The notes beneath the pieces were generated by a model. It searched no databases and had not been told where the DNA came from. It saw only the letters and a list, made by a program, of their open reading frames with translations. A stretch of 64,000 nucleotides of DNA, taken from the IMG/VR virus record IMGVR_UViG_3300032242_001694, one strand, 5' to 3'. The stretch comes from a virus. The position numbers and the translations under genes are program-made. How positions within the stretch are numbered: the first letter of the stretch is position 1; every line of letters starts with the position of its first letter. This document shows positions 9,242 to 19,046 of the stretch, one piece after another.

Positions 9242-10876
9242 TTATACCTTACTTACAGTTGCACCGGTGGCGGTGTAAGTTACTTTTTGACCATTAATAA
9301 TCTCAGAAGTACCAGTAATGTTCTTAGCATTCTCAGATGCAGCCAGCTTCTTCTGTGCCGCTGCTAACTGGGAATCGATGTCGGGCTTTAAAGCTGTGTT
9401 CATTCCAGCTTTTTTCTGAGCTAGAAGAGCTTGATTCTTAGTAAAGTCACTCATTGCAGGACCAACTTTACCAACATTCAATGCTGACTTTGGCAAGTTT
9501 CCACTTACCATACTCTGGATATTTCCAGAAATATTTGGAATAAGCTTGCCTGCCATCGATACCATATTTAATGGATTCATACCATGCCCTAAAATTGATG
9601 CAATTCCCATAGTTGTCACGTTGCCTAAACCGCCGGTAATAGCTTTACTAATATCGCTAATAGCATTTCCCTTGCCAAGTAATACGTCAGCAGCTTTTCC
9701 AACAACCGCCGCGCCGATTGCTACTTCTAGAATAGTAGCAGTGTTGTGCTGAATATGGTCTTGCGCATTTGAGAAGTGGTACTCATTGTTATTTCTTCTT
9801 CTATAAAGTATAGCTCCAGTCTGCACGTCTTTGTACTGAATATATCCTGGATATGGTTCTTGATCTAACTCGTAGTACTGCTGCACATGTGTTGGTGGAA
9901 TAACAGTAGCTATGAGGGCAAGAGCTGGAATACCAATAAGTGGATTTACTTTTGGAACTACTAAAGGAGTTCTCTGTTGTGGTACTTTACCTTGATTAGA
10001 AGCAGCGCTTAAAGCTACTCCTACCATCGCTAACTTAAGGGCATCTTTGGCAATACCATCCAGTGTTCCAGACTCTAGTACTTTACCCATAATACCAATT
10101 GCAGCGCCTGCGCCAATCAAGCCAGCGATGTTGCCTAAGCTTTTTCCTAAGCTACCTGCTAGCATCTTCGTTAAGCCAACTGGGCTTGTAAGATTAATGA
10201 TATTCCTAACACTGTTAAATCCATCAACTGCGTTAGGTAGAGCTCTACTTTTCTTTTCGGGATCTACTTGCTTGACTAGATCAAGAACATCAGTCTTTGA
10301 AGTCTTATCAGCAGACGCGGTTGTTGGCTTTTCTGGCTCTTTAAGCTTTTTATCAACTTCTTTCTTATTAACAATACCGGTACTGATAGTGAACTTACCA
10401 ATGGTAGGATCAGCACCTTGATTATTGATCTTATTGATGTCAATGCGGTCTGGATAAAGCTTGCTAAATGCGTTGTATTCTACAGGATCACTTTGGTTAA
10501 CCGAAGCCGAAGGAATAGATCCAGTCTTAATGTCGATTGATTCAGCTCCATCCGTAGAAGATCCAGGCTTAGGATCTCCTGCTTTACCAAAGCTTCCCAT
10601 GATGATTGGATACTGCTGGTCAGAGTCTGCCCAGAAGCCTACAACTTTTGAGTCTTTAACTAACCCAAGTGGTGCTGTTCCAATCTTACCAATCGCAGCT
10701 GAAGTAACCGGTTGCAGCGGCATCGCCCAAGGAAGATCGTTGTCTGGAATATTCTTGGTATCATCATGTTTACCAAAGATGCGAACTTGTACGCGACCAG
10801 ATTGGTCTGGATCTTTAACATTTACTACTTTGGCTATCCACCAAGAGAATGATGAACCTAAACTTGCCTCAGTCAT
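9242..10876 (-). CDS. gp5: Baseplate hub protein gp5, N-terminal OB-fold; no recognisable lysozyme domain
   Basis: WWIAKVVNVKDPDQSGRVQVRIFGKH..LPWAMPLQP..VVGFWAD..QYPIIMGS. Confidence 0.82.
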   Translation of the reverse strand: MTEASLGSSFSWWIAKVVNVKDPDQSGRVQVRIFGKHDDTKNIPDNDLPWAMPLQPVTSAAIGKIGTAPLGLVKDSKVVGFWADSDQQYPIIMGSFGKAGDPKPGSSTDGAESIDIKTGSIPSASVNQSDPVEYNAFSKLYPDRIDINKINNQGADPTIGKFTISTGIVNKKEVDKKLKEPEKPTTASADKTSKTDVLDLVKQVDPEKKSRALPNAVDGFNSVRNIINLTSPVGLTKMLAGSLGKSLGNIAGLIGAGAAIGIMGKVLESGTLDGIAKDALKLAMVGVALSAASNQGKVPQQRTPLVVPKVNPLIGIPALALIATVIPPTHVQQYYELDQEPYPGYIQYKDVQTGAILYRRRNNNEYHFSNAQDHIQHNTATILEVAIGAAVVGKAADVLLGKGNAISDISKAITGGLGNVTTMGIASILGHGMNPLNMVSMAGKLIPNISGNIQSMVSGNLPKSALNVGKVGPAMSDFTKNQALLAQKKAGMNTALKPDIDSQLAAAQKKLAASENAKNITGTSEIINGQKVTYTATGATVSKV

Positions 10877-12114
10877 TTAGCAGACTCCGGATTACCTTTT
10901 AACAACTCAATCACGCAAGTATATCTAGGCTTCTCTTCAGGCTTACCAATGTCGTGGTGGATGCGAGAGATCAAGAACTTACCTGACAAAGAGGGATCAT
11001 TCTGTGTATTATCAGTTGTACCTTTTCTAGTAGGTAGATTAGCTGTAATAACATCTCCAGCTTTCAGCTTAAGATCTCCAGGAACTCTTAACTTGACAGT
11101 TCCCTGCATAAGAGTAGAAGCAAAGTTTTGTTTATCAGCAATATAAGTTGGAATGCTGGTCTTTGCTCTTTGAGATGTATCAACTGGTACTAATAGAAGT
11201 CTAGGTTTAGCTTGACCTTGTGATTCTCTATATTCTTGTGTAAATTTATTGGTATTGAGATCTCCACCACCGCCCGTTTTATAATCTTTACTATTTTTGG
11301 TAATAGTATTTGTAGTATACTCCCATGTTCTAAAATTGAAAGTAGCCACTTTAACTTGACCGCCGACAGCGATTCTATCTACCGCATTAAATTGATTAGG
11401 AGTTTCAACACCAAAGATCTGGTCATCAGTCTTATTGTTTATACTTGAGTTAATCGAGTCTGACTGCTTAAAAGTTTTAACTGAGCTTCCCTTAAACAAC
11501 TTCTCAATTGTCGTGAATTTAAAGATCTGCTCAGACCCAGATCTGGTTTCAAAGAAAACAAATAGAGATGACTTGTTCTCATTAGAAACAGCTCTCTTCA
11601 TTGCAATCTCAATTGCTTCATAAGGATTCTTATGAGAGATCTTTATGTCTTGTTTACCTTTGGTTTCTTCAACCTCAATCTTCTTTTTGCTTTGAAGATA
11701 GTCTTTATGAATAGTCTTAATGATGTCTGAGATCTGTGCGCTAAAAGTTTTCTCAACATAGTTATTCTTAGCTTTGAGTGCTTCAATCGAGACTGTGCTA
11801 ATCTTATAAGTCTTATGCTTGAGAGACGAAGTCGTACCTTTAACTTCACCTAAGTTGCTTATGCCTAGCTTATATGTTGCAGTAGATCCACCTGGAACCG
11901 AGAAAGTAATATCAACTTTTTCGTCGCCGCTGATTTTAAGTTGACCGATCTGATCGTCTGTGTCTAGAACCTCGATGTCAATGATAATTCCCGGTGTGAA
12001 GATACTTTCATAGATAGAAGCCGATACAAACGACTTAGCCAGATCAAGAGAACCTCGATCCGAAGAAATCGTAAATTTCTTTACGTTAATATCGCCGGGT
12101 GAAAAACCTGTCAT
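10873..12114 (-). CDS. Baseplate hub protein (gp27/late control D-like)
   Basis: IYESIF, FVFFET, VPGDLKLKAGDVI, LSGKFLISRIHH motifs; between gp53 and gp5. Confidence 0.65.
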   Translation of the reverse strand: MTGFSPGDINVKKFTISSDRGSLDLAKSFVSASIYESIFTPGIIIDIEVLDTDDQIGQLKISGDEKVDITFSVPGGSTATYKLGISNLGEVKGTTSSLKHKTYKISTVSIEALKAKNNYVEKTFSAQISDIIKTIHKDYLQSKKKIEVEETKGKQDIKISHKNPYEAIEIAMKRAVSNENKSSLFVFFETRSGSEQIFKFTTIEKLFKGSSVKTFKQSDSINSSINNKTDDQIFGVETPNQFNAVDRIAVGGQVKVATFNFRTWEYTTNTITKNSKDYKTGGGGDLNTNKFTQEYRESQGQAKPRLLLVPVDTSQRAKTSIPTYIADKQNFASTLMQGTVKLRVPGDLKLKAGDVITANLPTRKGTTDNTQNDPSLSGKFLISRIHHDIGKPEEKPRYTCVIELLKGNPESAK

Positions 12115-12115
12115 A

Positions 12116-12997
12116 TTACTGTGCCATTATCTCCGTTAAGCGGCTAGATAATCCACCGCTTACACCATTATCTAAAACTCTAATAGATTTTCTACTTTCA
12201 TTTTTTTCATTCTCAAGATCATATATCGTTACTGGCTCCCAGTAAATCTCTTCACCAACTACTATATTATTTGCAATAGACTTCGTTGCTGTAAATGCAA
12301 CGTTTGATCCGCTCTCCGTTCCAAACACATAGCTATTTCCAGTAATTGATACAGATCCATTTGTATATAGCGTTCCAGAAATATGCTGGAGAATTAAAGT
12401 GCTATTGTTGGAATAAGACACTTGTCCTCTTCCAATGTGAGAGTTATCAAAGTGAACATAAACTACTTCATTGTTGGTAAATGAGTTAGCAGAACATGTT
12501 ACACTAGTTAATCCATTAGTATTAATAGTCCAATCAGCCGGTGTTCTAACGTAACTCAATAGCTCACCTGTATCATTATTAATAAATGGTTGATAGTATC
12601 TGTGATGATTTGAAGGCAAAGCGTTATAATCAGATACGCTTATACGACCGCCATTATACCAGTTATTTCTATATAAACTTATCTTATTCTGTAAGTTTGA
12701 GATCTGGTTACCATACTTAGATGTTAAGTATGAATTAAACTTATCGCTCGGGAGATACCATTGATAGTATGGATCGATGATTCCATTAGAAAGATAAAGA
12801 ATCCAGTCCATGTACTGATCATTGTAGTAGTCATCGGCTATCTCGTCAGCTCTCTGGCCGCTTGATATATCATACGAGTAATATATAAATGGATTTGTTG
12901 GGACAGACGAAGTTATCGCTGCTCTCACGGTTAGGTCTACGGCGAATGTATTCGCGTAAGCTACTCCCGGAAATTTTCTAAAATAATTCTCGGCCAT
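12116..12997 (-). CDS. gp53: Baseplate wedge subunit gp53 (LysM-like)
   Basis: YFRKFP, GQRADEIADDYY..WILYLSNGIIDPYYQW, ENEKNESRKSIRVL. Confidence 0.85.
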   Translation of the reverse strand: MAENYFRKFPGVAYANTFAVDLTVRAAITSSVPTNPFIYYSYDISSGQRADEIADDYYNDQYMDWILYLSNGIIDPYYQWYLPSDKFNSYLTSKYGNQISNLQNKISLYRNNWYNGGRISVSDYNALPSNHHRYYQPFINNDTGELLSYVRTPADWTINTNGLTSVTCSANSFTNNEVVYVHFDNSHIGRGQVSYSNNSTLILQHISGTLYTNGSVSITGNSYVFGTESGSNVAFTATKSIANNIVVGEEIYWEPVTIYDLENEKNESRKSIRVLDNGVSGGLSSRLTEIMAQ

Positions 12998-13006
12998 TTA
13001 CTTCTC

Positions 13007-14116
13007 TTACTGTGGGTTACTGCCTGGATCAGCATAAACGTTAGGATAATTTTGATTATCTTGTTTAATTGTATTATTAGTGTCTTTTATAGAATCAAAA
13101 GCTTTTCCAGCTAATCCAGCCGCTGCATCGAATAATGCAGACTTATAATTTCCAGCGCCACCGCCATCAGTCATAGATTCTTTAGTCCACATCTCAATTT
13201 CTTGAAACTCAACGCCTAAGCTGATATGCGTTGGAGCAAATGTATCTTTAAAGAATGATGGGCCATTCGGAGCGTAGTCAGCAGTAACTGACTTTACAGC
13301 GCAGGGCTTGAACTTATACAAGTAAGCGTTTGTTGGATATAGTTGAATGTCAGCTATATTTGGATAGCTAAAGAACGTTCCTGCAGAGCCGCCGCCTGAG
13401 AGTCCAGGAAGCATGTTAAACTTAAATGACTGGATAATTGCAGCGATCATTGCAGACTCTTGCGGATTTCTAGGAGCAAAGACCCAGCTGAATGAATGTG
13501 ACTTAAAGTTTGGGCTTTGGAACAACATAGTCATAAATGGATTTGCGGCGAGACCTGCTAGTTGAAGCGCTTGAGCACCAGCTCCACCTAAAGCGCCAGA
13601 AATAGTGGCAGCACCATAAGCACCGGCCCCGGCTGCTAAAGCTCCAGTTAGTGAACCATCAGCTCCTGAATTTTTAAGAGAATTCAAAGCGCTTTCAGCA
13701 AAATTTCGTGATGCCGCGCCGCTGCCTCCAAACTCATTAGTTTTACTTGGTGCTATTAGTTGTTCAATACCGGCTCCAACCGCTGCGCTTTTTGCATCAG
13801 CTTGTGATGCATTCCAATTTACAGATGTCGCGTCGTTGAGACTTCCAGGAAGTGGGAGTGTAATCCCACCGCGAGCTCTTAAGAAAGGAGCAGCAAAAAT
13901 CGATCGTCTTTCATAAGACTTAAACTTGATACTAATATAGGCATTTCTACCGATGTCGGCATTAACTAGATCGCTTGGATAAACAAAGTTACCCATGAAG
14001 TATTTTGCGCCAGCTGAATTGTTAGGATCATTGCCGCTTTGATTATACGCAGTTAATCCGGCTTCAGCTACGGCTCCCCACTTAAAAGTTTGGCCAATGA
14101 AGTTAGTAAGGTCCAT
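13007..14116 (-). CDS. gp48: Baseplate tail tube cap gp48
   Basis: ITLPLP, NPFMTMLFQSPNFKSHSFSWVFAPRNPQES, YKFKPCAVKSVTADYAPNG, FQEIE. Confidence 0.82.
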   Translation of the reverse strand: MDLTNFIGQTFKWGAVAEAGLTAYNQSGNDPNNSAGAKYFMGNFVYPSDLVNADIGRNAYISIKFKSYERRSIFAAPFLRARGGITLPLPGSLNDATSVNWNASQADAKSAAVGAGIEQLIAPSKTNEFGGSGAASRNFAESALNSLKNSGADGSLTGALAAGAGAYGAATISGALGGAGAQALQLAGLAANPFMTMLFQSPNFKSHSFSWVFAPRNPQESAMIAAIIQSFKFNMLPGLSGGGSAGTFFSYPNIADIQLYPTNAYLYKFKPCAVKSVTADYAPNGPSFFKDTFAPTHISLGVEFQEIEMWTKESMTDGGGAGNYKSALFDAAAGLAGKAFDSIKDTNNTIKQDNQNYPNVYADPGSNPQ

Positions 14117-14125
14117 GAAAGTTCC

Positions 14126-14151
14126 TATAAATATATTTACTTCTTATTTAT
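14126..14151. promoter_or_regulatory. Divergent T4-type late promoters (TATAAATA on + for gp4; ATAAATA on - for gp48)
   Basis: TATAAATA at 14126-14133 (+) and ATAAATA at 14145-14151 (-) in the divergent gap; another TATAAATA at 14506-14513 upstream of gp2. Confidence 0.6.
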
Positions 14152-14164
14152 TATAGAGACACAT

Positions 14165-14605
14165 ATGTCCTACAAAGGTTACTTCAAACCAAAAAATCCT
14201 GGCAAATACAAAGGTAATCCAACTAACATTATTTATAGGTCTAGTTGGGAACTTAAGCTGATGTCTTACTTAGACACTCACCAAGACGTGATTCAATGGA
14301 GCTCTGAAGAGTTCTGTATCCCATATCGCTCACCAGTTGACAATAGAATTCACAGATACTTTCCAGACTTCTATGTTAAGAAGAAGAACAAAGATGGAAC
14401 TATCGAGGTAGTAGTTATCGAGGTTAAGCCTTTGGCACAGACACAAGAGCCAAAGAAGCCGTCTAAAGTAACCAAGCGCTACATCAACGAGGTTTACACT
14501 TGGGGTATAAATAGTGCTAAGTGGAAGGCTGCTAAAGAGTTTTGCGAAGATCGCAAGTGGTCATTCCAGATATTCACCGAAAAAGAACTGCAGATCAAAT
14601 TTTAA
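14165..14605 (+). CDS. gp4: Head completion nuclease gp4 (TnsA-like)
   Basis: MSYKGYFKPKNPGKYKGNPTNIIYRSSWE, WSSEE, HRYFPDF, IEVKP, NSAKWKAA; start reset to ATG 14165. Confidence 0.92.
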   Translation: MSYKGYFKPKNPGKYKGNPTNIIYRSSWELKLMSYLDTHQDVIQWSSEEFCIPYRSPVDNRIHRYFPDFYVKKKNKDGTIEVVVIEVKPLAQTQEPKKPSKVTKRYINEVYTWGINSAKWKAAKEFCEDRKWSFQIFTEKELQIKF

Positions 14606-15135
14606 TGGCAAACGAACCGACCACAAAAGAGTCAGTTAACTGGTTTCGCGAGACAGCTCAAGGCTTGTCTGGAAACTATAACAAGCTGATGAATGATCCA
14701 AAAAACGTTGCCGGAGGCTTAACCATAGACTCTATTGGCAGAATGTACATGTTCTTCTACGATCCCAAGCATGGCGAGACTCTTGTAAAATACGATACGT
14801 TTCCTCTTGTGTTTCCAATTAACTTCTACAGCGATGGATTCTTAGGACTTAACCTGCACTATCTTCCTCCAGGTGCTCGCGTCGGTCTTCTAAATGCCAT
14901 GAAAGATACTATAACTAATGATAAATATGATGATAGTACTAAGTTAAATATATCTTATAGAATATTGAATAATATTGCGTCCCGCACGGGATTCAAAGAT
15001 TGCGTTAAGAGATACTTGTATGGATTTGTGCAAAGTAGATACTTATACATAGAGCCTAAAAATTGGGAATTTGCTCTTAATCTACCCACTGAAAGCTTTG
15101 TTACTAAATCACAGAACATACGCGCCGGGAGATAA
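14605..15135 (+). CDS. gp2: DNA end protector protein gp2
   Basis: GRMYMFFYDPKH..YDTFPLV, GFLGLNLHYLPP, CVKRYL; ATG overlaps the gp4 stop. Confidence 0.9.
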   Translation: MANEPTTKESVNWFRETAQGLSGNYNKLMNDPKNVAGGLTIDSIGRMYMFFYDPKHGETLVKYDTFPLVFPINFYSDGFLGLNLHYLPPGARVGLLNAMKDTITNDKYDDSTKLNISYRILNNIASRTGFKDCVKRYLYGFVQSRYLYIEPKNWEFALNLPTESFVTKSQNIRAGR

Positions 15136-15137
15136 TA

Positions 15138-15947
15138 GTGGCATATAACATATCAGAATTTAAGTCAAACATTGGTAGGTACGGTATCCAGCCGACCAAC
15201 AAGTTCATGACTATTATGACAGCCCCGCTTTCAATTAACTTAAGCAGCTTCACTGTTATCGCTGATACTTTCAACACTTTAAGCGCTGAGAGAATGATCT
15301 ATCTAAGATCTGAACAAGTCAAGATTCCAGGCGTCACTATTGCAGGAAGTGACAACAAAAGATATGGCGTTGGGGTAGCTCAGAAGATGCCTCACAACGT
15401 CCAGTTTAGTGACATCTCGATGACTTTTGTAGCAGACCAAGAAGGTATTATCTATAGATACTTCTATTCTTGGATTAATCAGATCGTTGACTTTAATGGA
15501 TCTGTCAACTACGCGGGTAGATCTTCATACATGGTTGGATATAAAGATAACTATGTAACTGACATATACATCTTTGTATATGATAACTATGGAAATATAT
15601 CTAAGACGATTACTCTGTACGACGCGTTCCCAATCAGCATGAATGAGATCAGCTTAGATTGGAACCAGACAAACACAGTCATGAAGATCAACGTTAACTT
15701 TTCATATAAAGAATGGTCAATCGATAACGTTAGCACTGCTTTTGGAAGTACACTTGATCTTATACTTGGAGCGTTTGGTGGAAACTTGGGCGACTTTACA
15801 AATGGAATTAGTTTCAATAGCTTTAACACTGGTCCATCTCTCTTTAGTTCATCTTTTGGATCAGGCAGTCCACAGACTAGCACCGAAAACCCTACTGCAA
15901 CCGCTGACACTACAACTGGATCGCCGTCTAATCTAGGTGGCATTTAA
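15138..15947 (+). CDS. Tail tube initiator gp54-like (gp19 fold)
   Basis: FSDISMTF, FYSWINQI, YKDNY, LYDAFPISMNEISLDW, VNFSYKEW; upstream of gp26. Confidence 0.7.
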   Translation: MAYNISEFKSNIGRYGIQPTNKFMTIMTAPLSINLSSFTVIADTFNTLSAERMIYLRSEQVKIPGVTIAGSDNKRYGVGVAQKMPHNVQFSDISMTFVADQEGIIYRYFYSWINQIVDFNGSVNYAGRSSYMVGYKDNYVTDIYIFVYDNYGNISKTITLYDAFPISMNEISLDWNQTNTVMKINVNFSYKEWSIDNVSTAFGSTLDLILGAFGGNLGDFTNGISFNSFNTGPSLFSSSFGSGSPQTSTENPTATADTTTGSPSNLGGI

Positions 15948-15967
15948 TTAAATAATTGGAGTTTATT

Positions 15968-16675
15968 ATGTCTCTACCAAAGATAACTTATCCGCAAATT
16001 ATACTTACAATTCCATCTTCTAAGAAGAAAGTTACTTTTCGTCCTTTCTTAGTAAAAGAAGAAAAGATTCTCTTGATGGCCAAGCTAAGTGATGAAGAGA
16101 GTGACATCTTGATTGCAATTAAGCAGGTAGTCAATAACTGCGCGATTGATGAGTTCGACGTAAATGCTATCTCACTCTTTGATCTTGAGTATATCTTCAT
16201 TCAGCTCAGAGCAGCTTCAGTCAATGATACCGTTGAAGTGTCTTATAAAGACAACGAAGACGAAAAGATCTATGATTTTGAAGTAAAGCTAAAAGATATT
16301 AAAGTTAACTTTCCAGAAAAAATTGACAATAAGATCCGGATCACTGACACAACTGGTATTGTTATGAAGTATCCTAACTCTTCACTTTATGAAGACAAAG
16401 AGTTTCTTGAATCGGGTGACGACTCTTTCTTTCAACTTATCCTTAGATGCGTTGATAAAGTATATGATGAGAATGAAGTGTATGAGACATCTGCTTACTC
16501 TAAAAAAGAACTTGAAGAGTATGTTGAGAATCTAGACATCAAAACTTTTGAGAAAATCCAAGATTTCATGATCAACCAGCCTAAGCTCTCATACGTGATC
16601 AAGTACAAGAACTCGCTTGGCAACGACAGAGAGATTGAGCTGACGACTCTATCTGATTTTTTTACCTTACGCTGA
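15968..16675 (+). CDS. gp26: Baseplate hub assembly protein gp26
   Basis: MSLPKI, FRPFLVKEEKILLMA, FDLEYIFIQLRAASV, MKYP, ends LSDFF. Confidence 0.9.
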   Translation: MSLPKITYPQIILTIPSSKKKVTFRPFLVKEEKILLMAKLSDEESDILIAIKQVVNNCAIDEFDVNAISLFDLEYIFIQLRAASVNDTVEVSYKDNEDEKIYDFEVKLKDIKVNFPEKIDNKIRITDTTGIVMKYPNSSLYEDKEFLESGDDSFFQLILRCVDKVYDENEVYETSAYSKKELEEYVENLDIKTFEKIQDFMINQPKLSYVIKYKNSLGNDREIELTTLSDFFTLR

Positions 16676-16848
16676 ACCATAACAACCTTGAGAACTATTA
16701 CATAACAATATTCTCACTGGTTCAGCATCATAAATACTCTATTAGTGAAGTTGAGAACCTTATACCATTTGAGCGTGATCTCTATGTTGAGATGTTAATG
16801 AACTATCTCAGAGAATTAGAAGAACAGAGAAAGCAAAATAATGGCTAA
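16672..16848 (+). CDS. gp51: Baseplate hub assembly catalyst gp51; no canonical start, probably reached by -1 frameshift from gp26
   Basis: Not in ORF track. Reads LNHNNLENYYITIFSLVQHHKYSISEVENLIPFERDLYVEMLMNYLRELEEQRKQNNG*, matching the gp51 QHHKYS..ENxIPxERDxY motif. Confidence 0.8.
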   Translation: MNHNNLENYYITIFSLVQHHKYSISEVENLIPFERDLYVEMLMNYLRELEEQRKQNNG

Positions 16849-17266
16849 GTTTGCGAAACCGACCGATGATGACGCACCGCTTCCTGTACCACCGGTCGCT
16901 GTAGAAACTGTTGTTCCTCCTCCAAGATCACAGTCAAGTGAGTCGGTTAACTTTACGCAGAATTCAATCGACTCATCGATCTATAATCACCAACTTGACA
17001 AAGAAGACGAGCACTGGGTAAAAGCTTACTGGCGTCCCGTGATGGGTTGGCTATACATGTTGATCTGCTTTATGGACTTTATAGGGTTTCCAATCTTTGC
17101 AATGTTTTTACCAGTGATTTATAAGAGCGATGGGATGTCGGTTGCTTACATAGCGTGGCAGCCGATCACGCTTGCAAACGGCGGTCTAATTCATCTGGCA
17201 TTTGGTGCCATTCTAGGCGTAGCAGCTTATAGCCGCGGTCAAGAAAAGTTAGCAAAGATTAACTAA
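16841..17266 (+). CDS. Holin-like membrane protein (3-TM GTA-holin family)
   Basis: WVKAYWRPVMGWLY..hydrophobic helices..HLAFGAILGVAAYSRGQEK. Confidence 0.7.
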   Translation: MAKFAKPTDDDAPLPVPPVAVETVVPPPRSQSSESVNFTQNSIDSSIYNHQLDKEDEHWVKAYWRPVMGWLYMLICFMDFIGFPIFAMFLPVIYKSDGMSVAYIAWQPITLANGGLIHLAFGAILGVAAYSRGQEKLAKIN

Positions 17267-19044
17267 TGGCCGACAACGATAAGCTTGATATTAACTTTAA
17301 AGACTTAGCTAGAAGTGCATCTCAGTATGTCTTCAGTTCTACTTTTCCGTCTCTGGAAAGAATGCTTAAGACTGTTCAAACAACTGGCGAAGAGAATAAG
17401 CAAGAAGTTGAAGACTTAAGCTCTACGATTAGTTCAGTTAATATACGGCTAAATGATATTAACGTTGGTCTTAGAAAACTAAATGATGCGATGTCAAAGT
17501 CGCTGGGTATTCTTGGAAAGATACTTAAGGCCCAAGATAGCTCTAGTGGAGCAGATAGCAATAATACACTTCCAGGAGGCGGTCTTAATAATATAAGCAA
17601 AGCGGCTGGTGCCACACTAGGCGCTGGCGCGATGATGTCTGTTATTGAGAATCAGCACAGCGCTCCAGGACCAGAAACTTCAGCGCAAGGCGGCGATCAA
17701 GGAGCCAAGCCATCTACACCAATCGCTGGCGGTTCTACTTCAAGTCTTAATACTCCAAATGCTACAAAAGCAGCGTCACCAACTGGATCAGCTCCATCTA
17801 CTCCAGCTCCTCAACCTGAGAAAAAAGATGCATCAGCTGCAGGAGGCGGTAAAACACTTCTGATAAAAGCTTCAACTATTATATTTGAAGCTGGTCAAAT
17901 TATGTTTACCAGTGGAAGCATTGCTGGAAGTAGCAGTGGTGGTACTGTACCAACTTCAGTATCTTCTAGTGGTGGAAGTAACAGTGGTGGAACAGGACCA
18001 ACTTCAGTATCTTCTAGTGGCGGAAGTAGAAGCAGTGGACCGTCTGCTTCATTGGGTGCTTCACCTGCAAATGCACCAATGAATATGCCAGCTGAAGAAA
18101 ACCAACAGCAACCACAGGGCGGTGCCAGTGGAGCTCCTGGAAGCTTTGAAAGCGCAGTAGCAGGTCAATCTGGAGGAATGACTACTCTTAAGACTAAAAG
18201 AGGAAAATCTTATCAAGTAGCATCTCAAGACGCTAAGAAGTTTCATGGCTTTGTCGATGAGCTAGAAAGATCTGGCTATCAGATTAATCAGATTGGTGGT
18301 TATCGCCAAAGCGCTATGTGGCATGGAAAGGGTATGGCAATCGACATCAACCCTGACCAGAACCCAATGCTTGAGAATAAAAATGGAAGAATCATCAATC
18401 GAATAACAGGCCAAGAAGCTAGCGAATTAAAAAATCCTAGATATCCATTTGGTTATGGAAAAGATAACTTTGGTTCTATCGATGTAAGTAATATGGCAAA
18501 GAAGCATGGTCTCGGATGGGGTGGCAACTGGAAGTCATCAACAGACACCATGCATTTCTCCTCTGGTCCTAACGAGATGACTGAACCAACGCCTCAAGCA
18601 ATTGCAGCTAGAGGTGGAGGTGGTGGCGAGCAACAACAGACCGCTGCGGCTTCTCCGGCCCCTGCAGCGACTCCGGTGTCAAAGCCCGAGGTTGCTTCGG
18701 CTAGTTCTTCAGGCGGTCCATCTGCTCCATTAGGAGCTTCGCCGGCAGATAAGAAACCACCGGCTGCTTCGATGCAAGTAGCAAGTATTCCTACTAAAGG
18801 TGCAGAGCTTAATAGCGAATCAACTTCAAGTGAAGTTGGAAGTATTACTCCACCTGCAAGAGCATCTATGAATAGTATTGGCGCAGGTGGCGGTCAGCAA
18901 AAAGAATCGGATGTTCCTCCAAATCCAAAAATAACAAATGCAAATAAAGCTGGTAATGTTGAACCAGATGATGCAGCTCAAAGATATGAATCGCTATTTG
19001 GAATGAAGCCCAAAGTACCAACAGGTTCAGGGGCTAGAGTGTAA
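17266..19044 (+). CDS. Tail/tape-measure-region protein with M15 peptidase (peptidoglycan hydrolase) domain
   Basis: N-terminal coiled coil, Ser/Gly/Pro low-complexity linkers, GGYR..HGKGMAIDIN..GLGWGGNW..DTMHF (Zn ligands H,D,H). Confidence 0.7.
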   Translation: MADNDKLDINFKDLARSASQYVFSSTFPSLERMLKTVQTTGEENKQEVEDLSSTISSVNIRLNDINVGLRKLNDAMSKSLGILGKILKAQDSSSGADSNNTLPGGGLNNISKAAGATLGAGAMMSVIENQHSAPGPETSAQGGDQGAKPSTPIAGGSTSSLNTPNATKAASPTGSAPSTPAPQPEKKDASAAGGGKTLLIKASTIIFEAGQIMFTSGSIAGSSSGGTVPTSVSSSGGSNSGGTGPTSVSSSGGSRSSGPSASLGASPANAPMNMPAEENQQQPQGGASGAPGSFESAVAGQSGGMTTLKTKRGKSYQVASQDAKKFHGFVDELERSGYQINQIGGYRQSAMWHGKGMAIDINPDQNPMLENKNGRIINRITGQEASELKNPRYPFGYGKDNFGSIDVSNMAKKHGLGWGGNWKSSTDTMHFSSGPNEMTEPTPQAIAARGGGGGEQQQTAAASPAPAATPVSKPEVASASSSGGPSAPLGASPADKKPPAASMQVASIPTKGAELNSESTSSEVGSITPPARASMNSIGAGGGQQKESDVPPNPKITNANKAGNVEPDDAAQRYESLFGMKPKVPTGSGARV

Positions 19045-19046
19045 CA

